The position numbers and the translations under genes were made by a program. The notes under the pieces are model-generated. The model did no database searches and was not told the origin of the DNA. It worked only from the letters and a program-made list of their open reading frames with translations. From an uncultured Acidobacteriota bacterium (GTDB lineage: Bacteria > Actinomycetota > Acidimicrobiia > Spongiisociales > ZC4RG35), in NCBI GenBank assembly GCA_963789135.1, contig CAWBJJ010000002.1, positions 471,736 through 535,735 of the forward strand: a DNA stretch of 64,000 nucleotides, written 5' to 3'. Shown piece after piece: positions 1 to 9,956 of this stretch (position 1 is its first letter; every line of letters begins with the position of its first letter).

Positions 1-1919
1 GGGAAGGGGCGAAGGCCTTCCTCAAACGGGAGTACACCTGGATCCTGGTGTTCGTCGTGGTGATGGCCGGCCTGATCGCCGGTCTCCTCGACTGGGGCCG
101 ACCCTGGGGTTCGATCGCCTTCGTGGCCGGTGCCGTGTTGTCCGGCGGCGCCGGATACATCGGGATGAGGATCGCCACCCAAGCCAATTCGAGGACCACC
201 GAGGCGGCCCGGACCGGTGGAGCTGCTGCCGCCCTGGTCGTTGCCTTCCGGGGCGGGGCTGTCGTCGGGTTTACCGTCGCCGGTCTCGGATTGCTCGGGG
301 TGGGAGTGGCTTACCTGATCTTCAAGGAGCTGCTCGGCCTCGAGTCCTGGGCCCAGGTGGTGACCGCGGTCGGGCTCGGCGGGTCCTCAATTGCCCTCTT
401 CGCCAGAGTGGGGGGTGGGATCTTCACCAAAGCAGCCGATGTCGGTGCCGACTTGGTGGGCAAGGTCGAGGCCGGGATCCCAGAGGACGATCCCCGCAAT
501 CCGGCGGTGATCGCCGACAACGTGGGCGACAACGTCGGAGATGTCGCCGGCATGGGCGCCGACCTCTTCGAGTCCTACGTCGGAGCCCTGGTCGCACCCA
601 TCGCCTATGCGGCCTTCGTCTTCCAGGGCTCGCAATACGCCACGCCGACCCTGCTGTTTCCCCTCGCCGTCGCCGCCATCGGGATGCTGGCGGCCATCAT
701 TGGCTCATTCCTGGTCCGGGCCCGCGACGGGAGCACTCTCGGCTCGGCGCTGCGCCGGGGTTCCAATTTCGCACTCGTGGCATCTGCCGTCGGTGTGCTC
801 TGGTTGGTCACCTGGATCTTCGAGGACGCCCCCAACCCATTGGGACTGTGGGTCTCGGTGGTCGCCGGGCTCGTCGTTGGCTACCTGGTTGGAATGATCT
901 CGGAGTGGTTCACCTCCGACGACCACAAGACGGTCAAGGAAGTCGCTCGCCAGTCCCAGACCGGTGCGGCCACCGTCATCATCAGCGGTCTCGCCGAGGG
1001 GATGCGCTCGGCTGCCTTCTCGGTCGTCGTGGTGGCTGCGGGCATCGGCGTCTCCTACTACGGGGGCGATTGGGCTCTCGGTGACGGTGGAGGGATCTAC
1101 GGAGTGGCGGTAGCGGCGATCGGGGTGCTCGCCACCCTCGGGCTCACCATCTCGGTGGACGCCTACGGCCCGATCGCCGACAACGCAGGCGGGATCGCCG
1201 AGATGGCTGGACTCCCTCCTGAGGTGCGCCAGGTAACCGATGCACTCGACTCGGTAGGGAACACCACCGCCGCGGTGGCCAAGGGCTTCGCCATCGCGTC
1301 TGCTGCCGTCACTGCGTTGGCCTTGTTTTCGGCATTCACCCAGGCAGTGGGCTTGAGCTCGATCGATCTGACCAAGGCCACCACCACCATCGGGCTGTTT
1401 TTGGGCGCCATGTTCCCGTTTCTCTTCGCCGGGCTCACCATGAATGCGGTTGGTCGCGCCGCGGGCAGGATGATCGAGGAAGTCCGTCGTCAGTTCCGGG
1501 AGATCCCGGGTTTGCGCGAGGGTGCCCCTGGCGTTCGCCCCGAGTATGCCGAGTGCGTCGACATCGCCACCACCGGAGCCCTCAGGGAGATGGTGATCCC
1601 GGTTTCCATGGCCCTGGCCCTTCCGCTGGTGATCGGCTTCGTCGACGTCGAGGCGCTCGGCGGCTTCCTCGCCGGCTCGCTCGTCACCGGGTTCCTACTC
1701 GCCATCTTCATGGCCAACGCCGGCGGGGCCTGGGACAACGCCAAGAAGTTCGTCGAGACCGGCGCCTACGGCGGCAAGGGCTCCGATGCCCACAAGGCCG
1801 TCGTGATCGGCGATACGGTCGGTGACCCCTTCAAGGACACGGCGGGGCCGGCGATGAACATCGTGATCAAAGTGATGACAGTGGTGGCCCTGATCTTCGC
1901 CTCGGCGTTCGTCGGCTGA
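1..1919 (+). CDS. hppA: Membrane-bound ion-translocating pyrophosphatase, 5'-truncated by the window edge
   Basis: The frame is open from nt 3 ([19 protein letters not shown]...), so the Met listed at 48 is internal. Motifs [38 protein letters not shown] and [10 protein letters not shown]. Many TM helices. Confidence 0.95.
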   Translation, partial: EGAKAFLKREYTWILVFVVVMAGLIAGLLDWGRPWGSIAFVAGAVLSGGAGYIGMRIATQANSRTTEAARTGGAAAALVVAFRGGAVVGFTVAGLGLLGVGVAYLIFKELLGLESWAQVVTAVGLGGSSIALFARVGGGIFTKAADVGADLVGKVEAGIPEDDPRNPAVIADNVGDNVGDVAGMGADLFESYVGALVAPIAYAAFVFQGSQYATPTLLFPLAVAAIGMLAAIIGSFLVRARDGSTLGSALRRGSNFALVASAVGVLWLVTWIFEDAPNPLGLWVSVVAGLVVGYLVGMISEWFTSDDHKTVKEVARQSQTGAATVIISGLAEGMRSAAFSVVVVAAGIGVSYYGGDWALGDGGGIYGVAVAAIGVLATLGLTISVDAYGPIADNAGGIAEMAGLPPEVRQVTDALDSVGNTTAAVAKGFAIASAAVTALALFSAFTQAVGLSSIDLTKATTTIGLFLGAMFPFLFAGLTMNAVGRAAGRMIEEVRRQFREIPGLREGAPGVRPEYAECVDIATTGALREMVIPVSMALALPLVIGFVDVEALGGFLAGSLVTGFLLAIFMANAGGAWDNAKKFVETGAYGGKGSDAHKAVVIGDTVGDPFKDTAGPAMNIVIKVMTVVALIFASAFVG

Positions 1920-1962
1920 TCCGCTTTCGTCAAGCAGCGAATTCCTAGTACCAATCAATCAG

Positions 1963-3203
1963 ATGCCCGAGATCCTCCTCGTCCGACATGCCGAGTCCGA
2001 GACCAACCGGGCCGGAATCTGGAACGGCCGGTCCGACGCTCGGCTCAGCAATGATGGCGAAGCGAGCCTGGAGCATCTGGCGAAGCGCTTCTCGGCGCAG
2101 CATTTCGACGTCGTGCTCACATCGCCCCTGGAGAGAGCAGTGCGGACCGCGTCGGCGTTCTCGGCCGACCACCTAGTCGAAGACGACCTGATCGAGATCG
2201 ACCTCGGGGAGTGGGAGGGCAAGACCCACGACGAGGTGACGATCGAGCGTGGTGAAGAACTGGCGGCGGCGATCAAAGGCGGGGACGTCCCAATGGGTCG
2301 AACCGGTGAGACCCTGGCCGGGGTCTCTGCCCGGTCGTGGGGGACGATCAACCGCCTCGCTGCGCGGCTCTCCCCGCATGACCGCGCGGTCGTGGTCACC
2401 CACGGTGGAGTGCTCCAGAGTTTGCTCGACCCGTTCCTGAGCGCTCGTCGTCGACGGTCGCATACCTTCGTCGCCAACACCTCGGTGACCCGGCTCCTGT
2501 TCAGTGCCGATCGCTCCCGGCTCGGGTCCTTCAACGACCTGGCGCACCTCGGGCCCCGGTCTCACCTCGTGACCCAGCACCTCGATTCAGGTGTGCCGGT
2601 CGTAGCCCTCATCCGGCACGGTCAGACCTCTGCCAATCTCGAAGGGCGGTGGCAGGGCCAGGCCGACTCCGGTCTCAACGAGTTGGGGCACAGCCAGGCG
2701 GCGGCCCTTCGGGATTGGTATGGCACCTGGGACACCGTCTACGCATCTCCACTGGGCCGGGCACAGACAACAGCCGGCTATCTGGCGAACGATGGACTGG
2801 TCACCGTCGACGGGCTGATGGAGCTGGCAATGGGCCAATGGGAGGGTTTGACCTCACCTGAGATCAGCGACCAGTGGCCGGGGCTCATGGAGACCATCTA
2901 TGCAGAGGGAATCGACCTCAGGCGGGGGAGAACGGCGAGAGCTGGGGCGAGATGACACATCGCTTCGCCAACACCGTCCACGCACTGGCCCCGGCGCCGT
3001 TCGGGCCCACACTTGCTGTGGCCCACGGCGGGGCGATCCGTGCATACGTCTCGTCTCTGACCGCGACCAAGGACTCGCACGCCGAATCCCTGTACACGCC
3101 GCCCAACACTTCGGTGACCCACGTCGCCATGACTCCGGAGGGCCCCCTCCTCCTCGACTACGCGGTGGCTGCGCATGTCGAGGGACTATCGAATCCGGCC
3201 TGA
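1963..3203 (+). pseudogene. Tandem two-domain histidine phosphatase (phosphoglycerate-mutase family), frame-shifted near 2924-2928
   Basis: Domain 1 has LLVRHAESETNRAGIWNGRSD...VTHGGVLQ. Domain 2 has ALIRHGQTSANLEGRWQGQAD and continues in another frame (ORF 2874..3203: ESWGEMTHRF...VAHGGAIRAYV). The junction is at a G5 run. Confidence 0.8.
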
Positions 3204-3224
3204 CCAGGGCCAACCCCGGTCAGG
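3199..3224. terminator. 7-bp-arm palindrome (CCTGACC-N12-GGTCAGG) between convergent genes, containing both stop codons
   Basis: Read directly: cctgacc at 3199-3205 and ggtcagg at 3218-3224. TGA at 3201-3203 (+ gene) and TCA at 3220-3222 (- gene). Confidence 0.35.
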
Positions 3225-3870
3225 CAGGGGTCTGGCCCGGCGTGAGCAGGCCGCGTTCGAATGCCGCACCCACCGCACCGGCCCGGTCGTTGACGCCGAG
3301 CTTGGCGTAGATGTGAAGGAGATGGGTCTTCACGGTCGCCTCACTTATGAAGAGGCGTTCCGCGATCTCCCGGTTGGGTGAGCCGGCCGCCACCAGCTGC
3401 AGCACTTCGAGCTCGCGCTGGCTGACCGCTTCCTTCGATGGTTGCCGCACCTGGCCCAGGATCCGGGATCCGATGCTCGGAGAGAGCACCGCCTCGCCAC
3501 GGGCCGCGGCACGGATCGCCCGGAGCAACTCCTCTCTGGGGGCATCCTTGAGCAGGAATCCGGTGGCGCCGGCCTCGACGGCCGGGAGCACGTCCGAGTC
3601 GGTGTCGAACGTGGTCAGCACCAGGACCCTCGACTCGATCCCTTTCTCGGCGAGCTCTTTGATCGCGCTCACCCCGTTCATCTCGGGCATGCGCAGGTCC
3701 ATGAGAATCACATCCGGTTGGTACGCCAGCGCCCGGGCCACCGCCTCCCGGCCGTCCGCAGCTTCGCCGACGACCTCGAAGCCGTCTTCGTTGGCGAGCA
3801 TGCCTCTCAGGCCGTCACGCACCACCGGGTGATCGTCGACGATGAGGACCCTGACGATGCTCTCAGCCAA
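3220..3870 (-). CDS. NarL/LuxR-family response regulator
   Basis: REC domain (RVLIVDDHPVVRDGL...DVILMDLRMPEMNG) plus LuxR HTH (QRELEVLQLVAAGSPNREIAERLFISEATVKTHL). TTG start at 3870. The extra 107 codons of the 318-aa track ORF are Arg/Ser-rich and lie inside the kinase gene. 8-nt overlap with the kinase stop. Confidence 0.9.
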   Translation of the reverse strand: MAESIVRVLIVDDHPVVRDGLRGMLANEDGFEVVGEAADGREAVARALAYQPDVILMDLRMPEMNGVSAIKELAEKGIESRVLVLTTFDTDSDVLPAVEAGATGFLLKDAPREELLRAIRAAARGEAVLSPSIGSRILGQVRQPSKEAVSQRELEVLQLVAAGSPNREIAERLFISEATVKTHLLHIYAKLGVNDRAGAVGAAFERGLLTPGQTPA

Positions 3871-5128
3871 TTTCTCGCTCCACCGCGATAGCGGGCAGCA
3901 GTGCCGAGACCGCGGTCCCACCGCCCTTCTCCGACTCCACCTCGAGGGTTCCCGAGAGTCCCTCCACTCTCTGGCGCATCGCTGTGAGCCCGAAGCTGGA
4001 GTCGGGCGAACCGCCATTGACCGTCGCCGCATGGTCGATGCCGACTCCGTTGTCACGTACGTCGACCGAGACCGTGTCGCCCATGTAGGACAGAGTGACC
4101 CCGACCCGCGAGGCGCGGGCATGCTTGGCCACGTTGGCCAGGGCCTCCTGGGTGACCCGCAGGACCGTGACCTCAACCTCGGGGTGCAACCGGCGCACTG
4201 TGCCCGTGGTGGTCAGCTCCGCGGGGACATGACTCAGGCTCGACCACCGTTCCGTCACTTCCTTGAGGGCCGAAGCCAGCCCTCCCTCTTCCAACGGTGC
4301 CGGGAGAAGGTCGCTCATCGCCCGTCGCGCCTCGGACAGGCTCTCCCGCGCCAGCTGGATGGCGTTGTCAATGCGTCGCTGTAGCGCGGCCGGGTCGTCC
4401 TTCACCTGCCCGGCTGCCTCCAGCTGGGTGATGACCCCGGTTAGTCCCTGCGCGATCGTGTCGTGGATCTCTCGCGCCATGCGCCGGCGCTCCTCGTCTA
4501 TACCCGCCTCGCGAGCCTGTTCGACGAGTTGGTCCTGGAGCAGCTCGTTCTCCTCGCTAGCCATCCTCAGTTCGCGTACGGCAACCCGTCTCTGCTCACT
4601 GAGCTCCGTGAGCCTTTCGCCGCCCAGCGTTCCGATCCCGACCGCAGCGGTCTGTATCGCGACGATGACCAGGTAGGTGATCCAACTTTCCGTTCCGCCG
4701 TGGGGGTAGACGATCCGCATGTTGACGATCAGCGACGACAGGGCGACGGCCGTGAACGAGGCGAGTGCAGGCTTGAGCAGGAAGGAGTGGACGAACCCGG
4801 TGATGACGAAGACGAAGAAGACCGGCCGGTAGAACATCATCACCGTGCAGATTGCGAGCAGGCCGAGCATGTAGAACCTCATCCATGCCTGGCTCTGCCG
4901 TCGCTCCCCGGCGAGGGTGAACATGAAGAGGACCCAGGCGAACGCGACCGCGGCCAGGCCCAGGGTCAGAACCGCCTCCGAAGGTGACCCGATGGCCGAG
5001 AGGATGCCAAGGATCAACCCGATGAGGAGCGTTATGTAGGGGGTCCAGTTTCCGATGTGCTCGAAGGTCCGTTCCCACCTGTTGCGCTCCTCGAGCGTCA
5101 GGCTCGCCGACTCGGAAGTCACTCCCAT
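3863..5128 (-). CDS. Sensor histidine kinase, HisKA_3 (NarX/DesK-like) type
   Basis: N-terminal TM helices, H-box RRRMAREIHDTIAQGL, and HATPase_c motifs (EALANVAKHA, DNGVGI, GLTAMRQRVE). Confidence 0.9.
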   Translation of the reverse strand: MGVTSESASLTLEERNRWERTFEHIGNWTPYITLLIGLILGILSAIGSPSEAVLTLGLAAVAFAWVLFMFTLAGERRQSQAWMRFYMLGLLAICTVMMFYRPVFFVFVITGFVHSFLLKPALASFTAVALSSLIVNMRIVYPHGGTESWITYLVIVAIQTAAVGIGTLGGERLTELSEQRRVAVRELRMASEENELLQDQLVEQAREAGIDEERRRMAREIHDTIAQGLTGVITQLEAAGQVKDDPAALQRRIDNAIQLARESLSEARRAMSDLLPAPLEEGGLASALKEVTERWSSLSHVPAELTTTGTVRRLHPEVEVTVLRVTQEALANVAKHARASRVGVTLSYMGDTVSVDVRDNGVGIDHAATVNGGSPDSSFGLTAMRQRVEGLSGTLEVESEKGGGTAVSALLPAIAVEREIG

Positions 5129-5862
5129 CTGAAGAACAGGGTCGCGAGCAGCGAGAAGCCGAGCGAGTAGGCGGCCATTACGAGGAGACTAGAACCCGAG
5201 GGTGTCAGCCCGAGCCAGGTGTCCTGCAACGCCTGAACGGCGGCTCCGGCCGGGCTCAAGTCGCTTATCAGGCGAAGACCCTCGGGCATGGCGCCCCTGG
5301 GGAAGTACACGCCGGCGAAGAAAAGCATCGGGAAGTAGACGGCCATCCCCACACCCTGGCCCATGGAGGTCGTGCGGGCCCAGGCCCCGATGAACAGGCC
5401 CACCGCGAGCATGGATGCCGCAGCCAGGAAGAAGCTGAGCACGAACCCAATCGGGTTCGCCGGCATCGGAATCGCAAAGACCGCCCCGGCGACGATCAAT
5501 GCCAGCCCGCAGGCCGCCACCGCCACCGCGACCTGGACCGTCAGTTGCGCGCCGACCAGCCTTCCCGGTCCCACGGGGGTGGTGGAGAGACGGCGAAACA
5601 ACCCCATCTCTCGATAGCCACCCAGGGTTGCGGGGAGGCTGGCGAAAGCCACCGTGGCCAGCGCGAGCACCAGAATGATGGGTGCATAGAGGTCGACGAG
5701 CCTGTATCCGCCGAAGTCGGCGCTCGGTTCCGTGCCCCCCGGGAACACAAACCCCAGAATCAACAGCAGGAGTGCTGGGAAGGCGAGCGCCCAGAACACG
5801 GCCAGACGGTCCCTGGAGAAGAGCTTCGCTTCGATCGAGGTCATCGTGGCCAGTGCAGACAT
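5119..5862 (-). CDS. ABC-2 type transporter permease
   Basis: 247 aa with six predicted TM segments. It sits 1 nt after the ATPase stop and overlaps the kinase start. Confidence 0.8.
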   Translation of the reverse strand: MSALATMTSIEAKLFSRDRLAVFWALAFPALLLLILGFVFPGGTEPSADFGGYRLVDLYAPIILVLALATVAFASLPATLGGYREMGLFRRLSTTPVGPGRLVGAQLTVQVAVAVAACGLALIVAGAVFAIPMPANPIGFVLSFFLAAASMLAVGLFIGAWARTTSMGQGVGMAVYFPMLFFAGVYFPRGAMPEGLRLISDLSPAGAAVQALQDTWLGLTPSGSSLLVMAAYSLGFSLLATLFFRWE

Positions 5863-5863
5863 G

Positions 5864-6787
5864 TCACACCTCCTGGGTGTCGGTATGGAGAGAACGGCCC
5901 GTCAATGTCAGGAAGGCATCGTCGAGCGTCGCTTGTTGCATCCGCAGCTCTTGAGCCGTGACGTCTGCCTCACTGAGGGCGGTGGTGATCGAGTTGAGAA
6001 CGTTGCCCCTTCCCGTGACCACGATGTGGTCCCCGTGACGTGCGACACCGGTCACATCTGCGAGCTGTCGCAACGCAGATTCCTCGATGTTCCGGGATGG
6101 CCGGAAGCTGATCACATGTTCGCCGCCGGAGGCCGCGATCAGGCCCGCAGGGGTGTCGAGGGCGACGAGCTTCCCGGCGTCGATGAGAGCGAGTCGGTCG
6201 GCAAGCCGTTCCGCCTCCTCCATGAAATGAGTCACCAAGACGACGGTGACTCCCCGGTCCCTCAATCGTTCCACCACGGCCCAGGCGTCGCGTCGCGCCT
6301 GCGGGTCGAGGCCGGTGGTCAGCTCGTCGAGGATCACGATCTCCGGGTTACCGACGAGGGCCAGAGCCACGGAAAGACGCTGCTTCTGGCCGCCCGAAAG
6401 CGTGGCGAATCGGGCGTCGCGCTTGTCCTCCAGGCCGAGCTGCCCGAGGAGCTCCTCCCACTCGATCGGGTTCTCATAGAAAGAGCTGTAGAGATGGAGC
6501 GCCTCACCAACGCGGATCCGGTCAGGGAGCCTGCTCTCCTGGAGTTGCACTCCGAGGCGCCGGCGTAGCTCGGGCCGGTCCGCTTGAGGATCGAGGCCGA
6601 GGACCCGGATGGTCCCGCTGTCAGGTCGCCTAAGGCCGGCGATCGACTCGACCGTGGTGGTCTTCCCGGCGCCGTTGGGGCCGAGGATCCCGAAGATCTC
6701 GCCCTTCTCGACATTGAAGCTGACTCCGTCCACGACCGGGACGTCGCGATATCGCTTGGTCAGGCCCTCGATTTCAATTGCTGGCAT
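5864..6787 (-). CDS. ABC transporter ATP-binding protein (DrrA/CcmA-like)
   Basis: Walker A GPNGAGKTT, signature LSGGQKQRL, Walker B VILDELTTGLD. ATG at 6787 is preceded by a GAAGGGGA SD. The upstream 37 codons of the track ORF are discarded. Confidence 0.9.
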   Translation of the reverse strand: MPAIEIEGLTKRYRDVPVVDGVSFNVEKGEIFGILGPNGAGKTTTVESIAGLRRPDSGTIRVLGLDPQADRPELRRRLGVQLQESRLPDRIRVGEALHLYSSFYENPIEWEELLGQLGLEDKRDARFATLSGGQKQRLSVALALVGNPEIVILDELTTGLDPQARRDAWAVVERLRDRGVTVVLVTHFMEEAERLADRLALIDAGKLVALDTPAGLIAASGGEHVISFRPSRNIEESALRQLADVTGVARHGDHIVVTGRGNVLNSITTALSEADVTAQELRMQQATLDDAFLTLTGRSLHTDTQEV

Positions 6788-6961
6788 GGCTATTCCCCTT
6801 CTGCCTTTGGATACTGCGACTATGCGCCGGCACCAGGGACCGGCACATCGGCCGCCTGGCCAGGATTCCCACCCCGTACGGCTGAGTTCCGAGATCAACC
6901 GATTGATGGATCGTGTGACTCGCGGCGGCTACTGATCGAGCTCCTCCTAATCTCGCCCCCG

Positions 6962-7543
6962 ATGACCGTTTACGACTCTCAGCGATATGCGCTCGTCAAC
7001 CGCTGGGATCCTCAGCACCTGAAGACACTGGATCGACTGCTGCCCCTTTCCGCAGGTGATCGGGTCCTCGAAGTGGGGTGTGGCAGCGGTCACCTGACCA
7101 AGCGACTTGCAGCCAGGGGTGTCGACATCGTCGGAATCGATCCCAATCCGAATGCCGGCCAGGTAGCGGGCACCGATCGGGTCCTTTGCATGAGCGCCGA
7201 AGCCCTGGACTTTCCCGACGGCGAATTCGACGCCCTCGTCTCGGTGCACGCAATCGAGCACATCCCACCGCTACAAACGGCGATGGCCGAGATGGTCCGG
7301 GTTCTCAAGCCAGGAGGGCGGGCCCTTTTCATCTATCCCGCGGAGCCGATCCAGGGGCTGTACGCCATACCCACGTCGGTGATCCTCTACGGCACGCCCT
7401 TCAAGGCGCGCCAGGTCCATTGTCACAAGCTGTCGCCGACCAAGGTGCGCCGGCTGGTCGAGCCCATGGGGCTGGCGGAGACCCACCACGAGTTCAACCT
7501 GTGGAAGTCACCGCAGTTCGTGTCGGTCTTCGAAAAGCCCTGA
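6962..7543 (+). CDS. Class I SAM-dependent methyltransferase
   Basis: Motif I VLEVGCGSGHLT and post-I DIVGIDPN, with a Methyltransf_11-like layout. ATG at 6962. The upstream part of track ORF 6584..7543 is antisense to the ABC ATPase gene. Confidence 0.8.
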   Translation: MTVYDSQRYALVNRWDPQHLKTLDRLLPLSAGDRVLEVGCGSGHLTKRLAARGVDIVGIDPNPNAGQVAGTDRVLCMSAEALDFPDGEFDALVSVHAIEHIPPLQTAMAEMVRVLKPGGRALFIYPAEPIQGLYAIPTSVILYGTPFKARQVHCHKLSPTKVRRLVEPMGLAETHHEFNLWKSPQFVSVFEKP

Positions 7544-7544
7544 C

Positions 7545-8186
7545 GTGTTCAAATGCGAAACCTGTGGCGCTGAGTTCGATGTCCGGGCCGAGGTCCTCGA
7601 CCGCTACCCGGGCTGGACCCCCCGCCAGTGCATGGACTGCAAGAACAAGAGCGGCAGTCCGCAACCAAAGGCGGCGACCCGGGGAGTGAGCTCCAGCAAA
7701 CGGCGCGACCTCACCACGGCGGAAGTGCTCGCCGCCTTCGACGACGGCCCGCAGACCGGCGTGTTCACCGACGGGGCGTCGGAGGGCAACCCGGGACCCG
7801 GGGGATGGGGGGCGGTCCACGTCAAGGACGGCGAGATCATCGACCAGGCGCACGGGTCGGAACCGCACACCACCAACAACAAGATGGAGCTGGCCGCTCT
7901 GATCGCGGGGTTGGGCATGCTCGATGTCGATTCGACGCAGACCGTCTACACCGACTCCCAGTTGATCGTGAACATCGTGACCACATGGGCAGAGGGCTGG
8001 AAAGCGCGGGGATGGACCAAGAAGAGCTCGGGGCCGATCGCCAACCTGGAGCTGGTGAAAGAGGCATACGACCTCTACACGCAGCGACCGAATGTCGGAC
8101 TGCAGTGGATCAAGGCTCACAACGGCCAGCGCTGGAACGAGTATGCCGACGCCCTCGCCACCGCCTACCGCCGGGCCACCTTCTGA
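7545..8186 (+). CDS. rnhA: Ribonuclease HI with an N-terminal CxxC...CxxC zinc-ribbon extension
   Basis: FTDGASEGNPGPGGWG, TNNKMELAALIAGL, YTDSQLIV and KAHNG..NEYADALA (DEDD set). N-terminus is CETCG-X21-CMDC. Confidence 0.9.
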   Translation: MFKCETCGAEFDVRAEVLDRYPGWTPRQCMDCKNKSGSPQPKAATRGVSSSKRRDLTTAEVLAAFDDGPQTGVFTDGASEGNPGPGGWGAVHVKDGEIIDQAHGSEPHTTNNKMELAALIAGLGMLDVDSTQTVYTDSQLIVNIVTTWAEGWKARGWTKKSSGPIANLELVKEAYDLYTQRPNVGLQWIKAHNGQRWNEYADALATAYRRATF

Positions 8187-8190
8187 GCCG

Positions 8191-9186
8191 ATGACTCCCG
8201 AAGATGTCCGGGCATGGGGCAAGCACACGCATGGGTCTCCCCTCTACGCGCATCTCGTCGAGGTCATCGCAGGCGATCCCGAGTTGATGAGGGTCCTGAA
8301 CCGGATCGAGCACCTGCCGCAGATGAACCTGCTGTTGGGAGGAGTCCAGGACCTGCTGTTCTCGTCCCCCGACGAAGAACTAGCCGCCTACTACCAGTCG
8401 CTGACCCCCAATCCGCTGCCCCCGACCGGAGCAGACCGGAGGTTTCGGGATTTCGTGCTCGGGCGCGAGGTCGACCTGGTTGCGATCGGGAATACCCGTT
8501 TCACCCAGACCAACGAGTGCCGACGCTGTGTCGCGCTCCTACCGATGCTGATGTCAGCCGGCCTCGATCGCTTTCACCTCATTGAGATCGGGACCAGTGC
8601 CGGGCTCAACCTGGCCATCGATCGATATCGCTACCGGTGGGGGGAGGTCGCATGGGGATCTCCGGCCTCACCCCTCACCCTGGTAGCGGAGAGCCGCGGC
8701 GTGCCATTCCCGCTCCACGACATCGATGTGCTGAGCCGGGTCGGGCTCGACCTGGAGCCTATCCGCCACGACGACGAGGGCGGCCGGCGCTGGCTCGACG
8801 CGCTGATCTGGCCCGAGCACACCGAGCGCCGGGCTCGGTTGCGCACCGCCTTCGACGTGGCGGCGACCCTCGAGATCGAAATGGTGAGTGGCGATGCCAT
8901 CGAGACCCTGCCGGCTGCTCTCGAGGCCCTGCCCCGCGGTGAGCCGGTAGTGGTGATGGACGCCTTCTCCCTCAATCAGCTCACGGTCGGCGGCAGGCGC
9001 CGCATCGAGGAGATCGCCGATGCGGCTCGCGGCAACCGTCCGGTGTTCCGGGCCTCTATGGAGGTGTTGGACAAGGCGGACGACTGGGCACGGCTCTGCG
9101 CCGGGTCCGGGCTCGAGCTGCCGCAGGTAGGGCAGGCCCATCCCCATGGGGAATGGATCGAGCTCTGGGAAGTGCCCTCGGGCTGA
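8191..9186 (+). CDS. DUF2332 family protein (methyltransferase-like fold, function unknown)
   Basis: FTQTNECRRCVALLP...LIEIGTSAGLNLAIDRYRY matches my memory of the DUF2332 signature. ATG at 8191, 4 nt after the rnhA stop. Confidence 0.7.
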   Translation: MTPEDVRAWGKHTHGSPLYAHLVEVIAGDPELMRVLNRIEHLPQMNLLLGGVQDLLFSSPDEELAAYYQSLTPNPLPPTGADRRFRDFVLGREVDLVAIGNTRFTQTNECRRCVALLPMLMSAGLDRFHLIEIGTSAGLNLAIDRYRYRWGEVAWGSPASPLTLVAESRGVPFPLHDIDVLSRVGLDLEPIRHDDEGGRRWLDALIWPEHTERRARLRTAFDVAATLEIEMVSGDAIETLPAALEALPRGEPVVVMDAFSLNQLTVGGRRRIEEIADAARGNRPVFRASMEVLDKADDWARLCAGSGLELPQVGQAHPHGEWIELWEVPSG

Positions 9187-9197
9187 CTGACAGTCAG
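9183..9197. terminator. Palindrome CTGACTG-A-CAGTCAG between convergent genes, containing both stop codons
   Basis: Read directly. TGA at 9184-9186 and TCA at 9194-9196. Confidence 0.25.
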
Positions 9198-9897
9198 GCC
9201 CGGCCGTAGACCGGTATCGAGGCCCCGTTCATGACCCCCGAGTCGTCACTGAGCAGGAAGTGGGCCACGGAGGCGATCTCGTCGGGGGTGGGCCAGGTCA
9301 CGTAGTCGGCATAGGGGAGCGACTGCCTGGTCGCCGGGGTGTCGATCACCGATGGCATCAGGACGTTGGCCGTCACTCCGGTACCGTCCAGCTCCTGGGC
9401 CAGTGACTTGGTGAGGGCGACGACGCCGGCCTTGGCGATGTTGAAAGCAGCCTGGCCGGTCGGGTAGTCGACAGCCGCCCGGCTTCCGACGAGGACGATC
9501 CGACCCCAGCCGGCCTCACGGAGGTATGGGACAGCGGCTCTCACCGAGTAGAAGGCAGATCGCAGGTTGAGGTCGATCATGCGCTCGAAGCGGACATCGT
9601 CGGTCTCCTCGACGTCTCTCCCACCGGCCCACCCCCCGACCAGGGAAACCAGGCCGTGGATCGCGCCCACTGGTCGGCCACACCCTTCATCAGGCTGTTG
9701 ACCGCCTCGGCGTTGGTGGCATCCACCCTCAGCAACTGCAACTGCTCTTCGTCGAAGTCGAATTGCTCCTCGAAGCGGGTTGCCTCGTCGGGCAGCAGGT
9801 AGGTCACCACGAGGCGGTAATCCTCGAAGATGAGGCGGCGAACAAGAGCGGTTCCCAAGCCTCCCGTGCCACCGGTGATAACGACGGTCTTTTCCAA
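9194..9897 (-). pseudogene. Short-chain dehydrogenase/reductase family protein, frame-shifted near 9666-9668
   Basis: The N-terminal Rossmann motif TGGTGGLG is in ORF 9577..9897. The C-terminal part is in ORF 9194..9670. The junction ...KGVADQW|GAIHGLVSLVGGWAGG needs one extra G. Confidence 0.8.
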
Positions 9898-9956
9898 GGC
9901 CTTCCCTGCGTTGTCGACACCCTCACTCTACGTTGCCCTGGACTTACTGCCAGGGC

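Noticed and set aside
3871-4176. 5' extensions of several track ORFs: 3220..4176, 5864..6898, 6584..7543, 11083..11856, 15416..16543, 40200..41321 and 52760..54259
   Set aside because: The extra N-terminal codons overlap neighbouring genes and have junk composition. Downstream internal starts with SD sequences or ATGA/GTGA overlaps give proteins of family-typical length.
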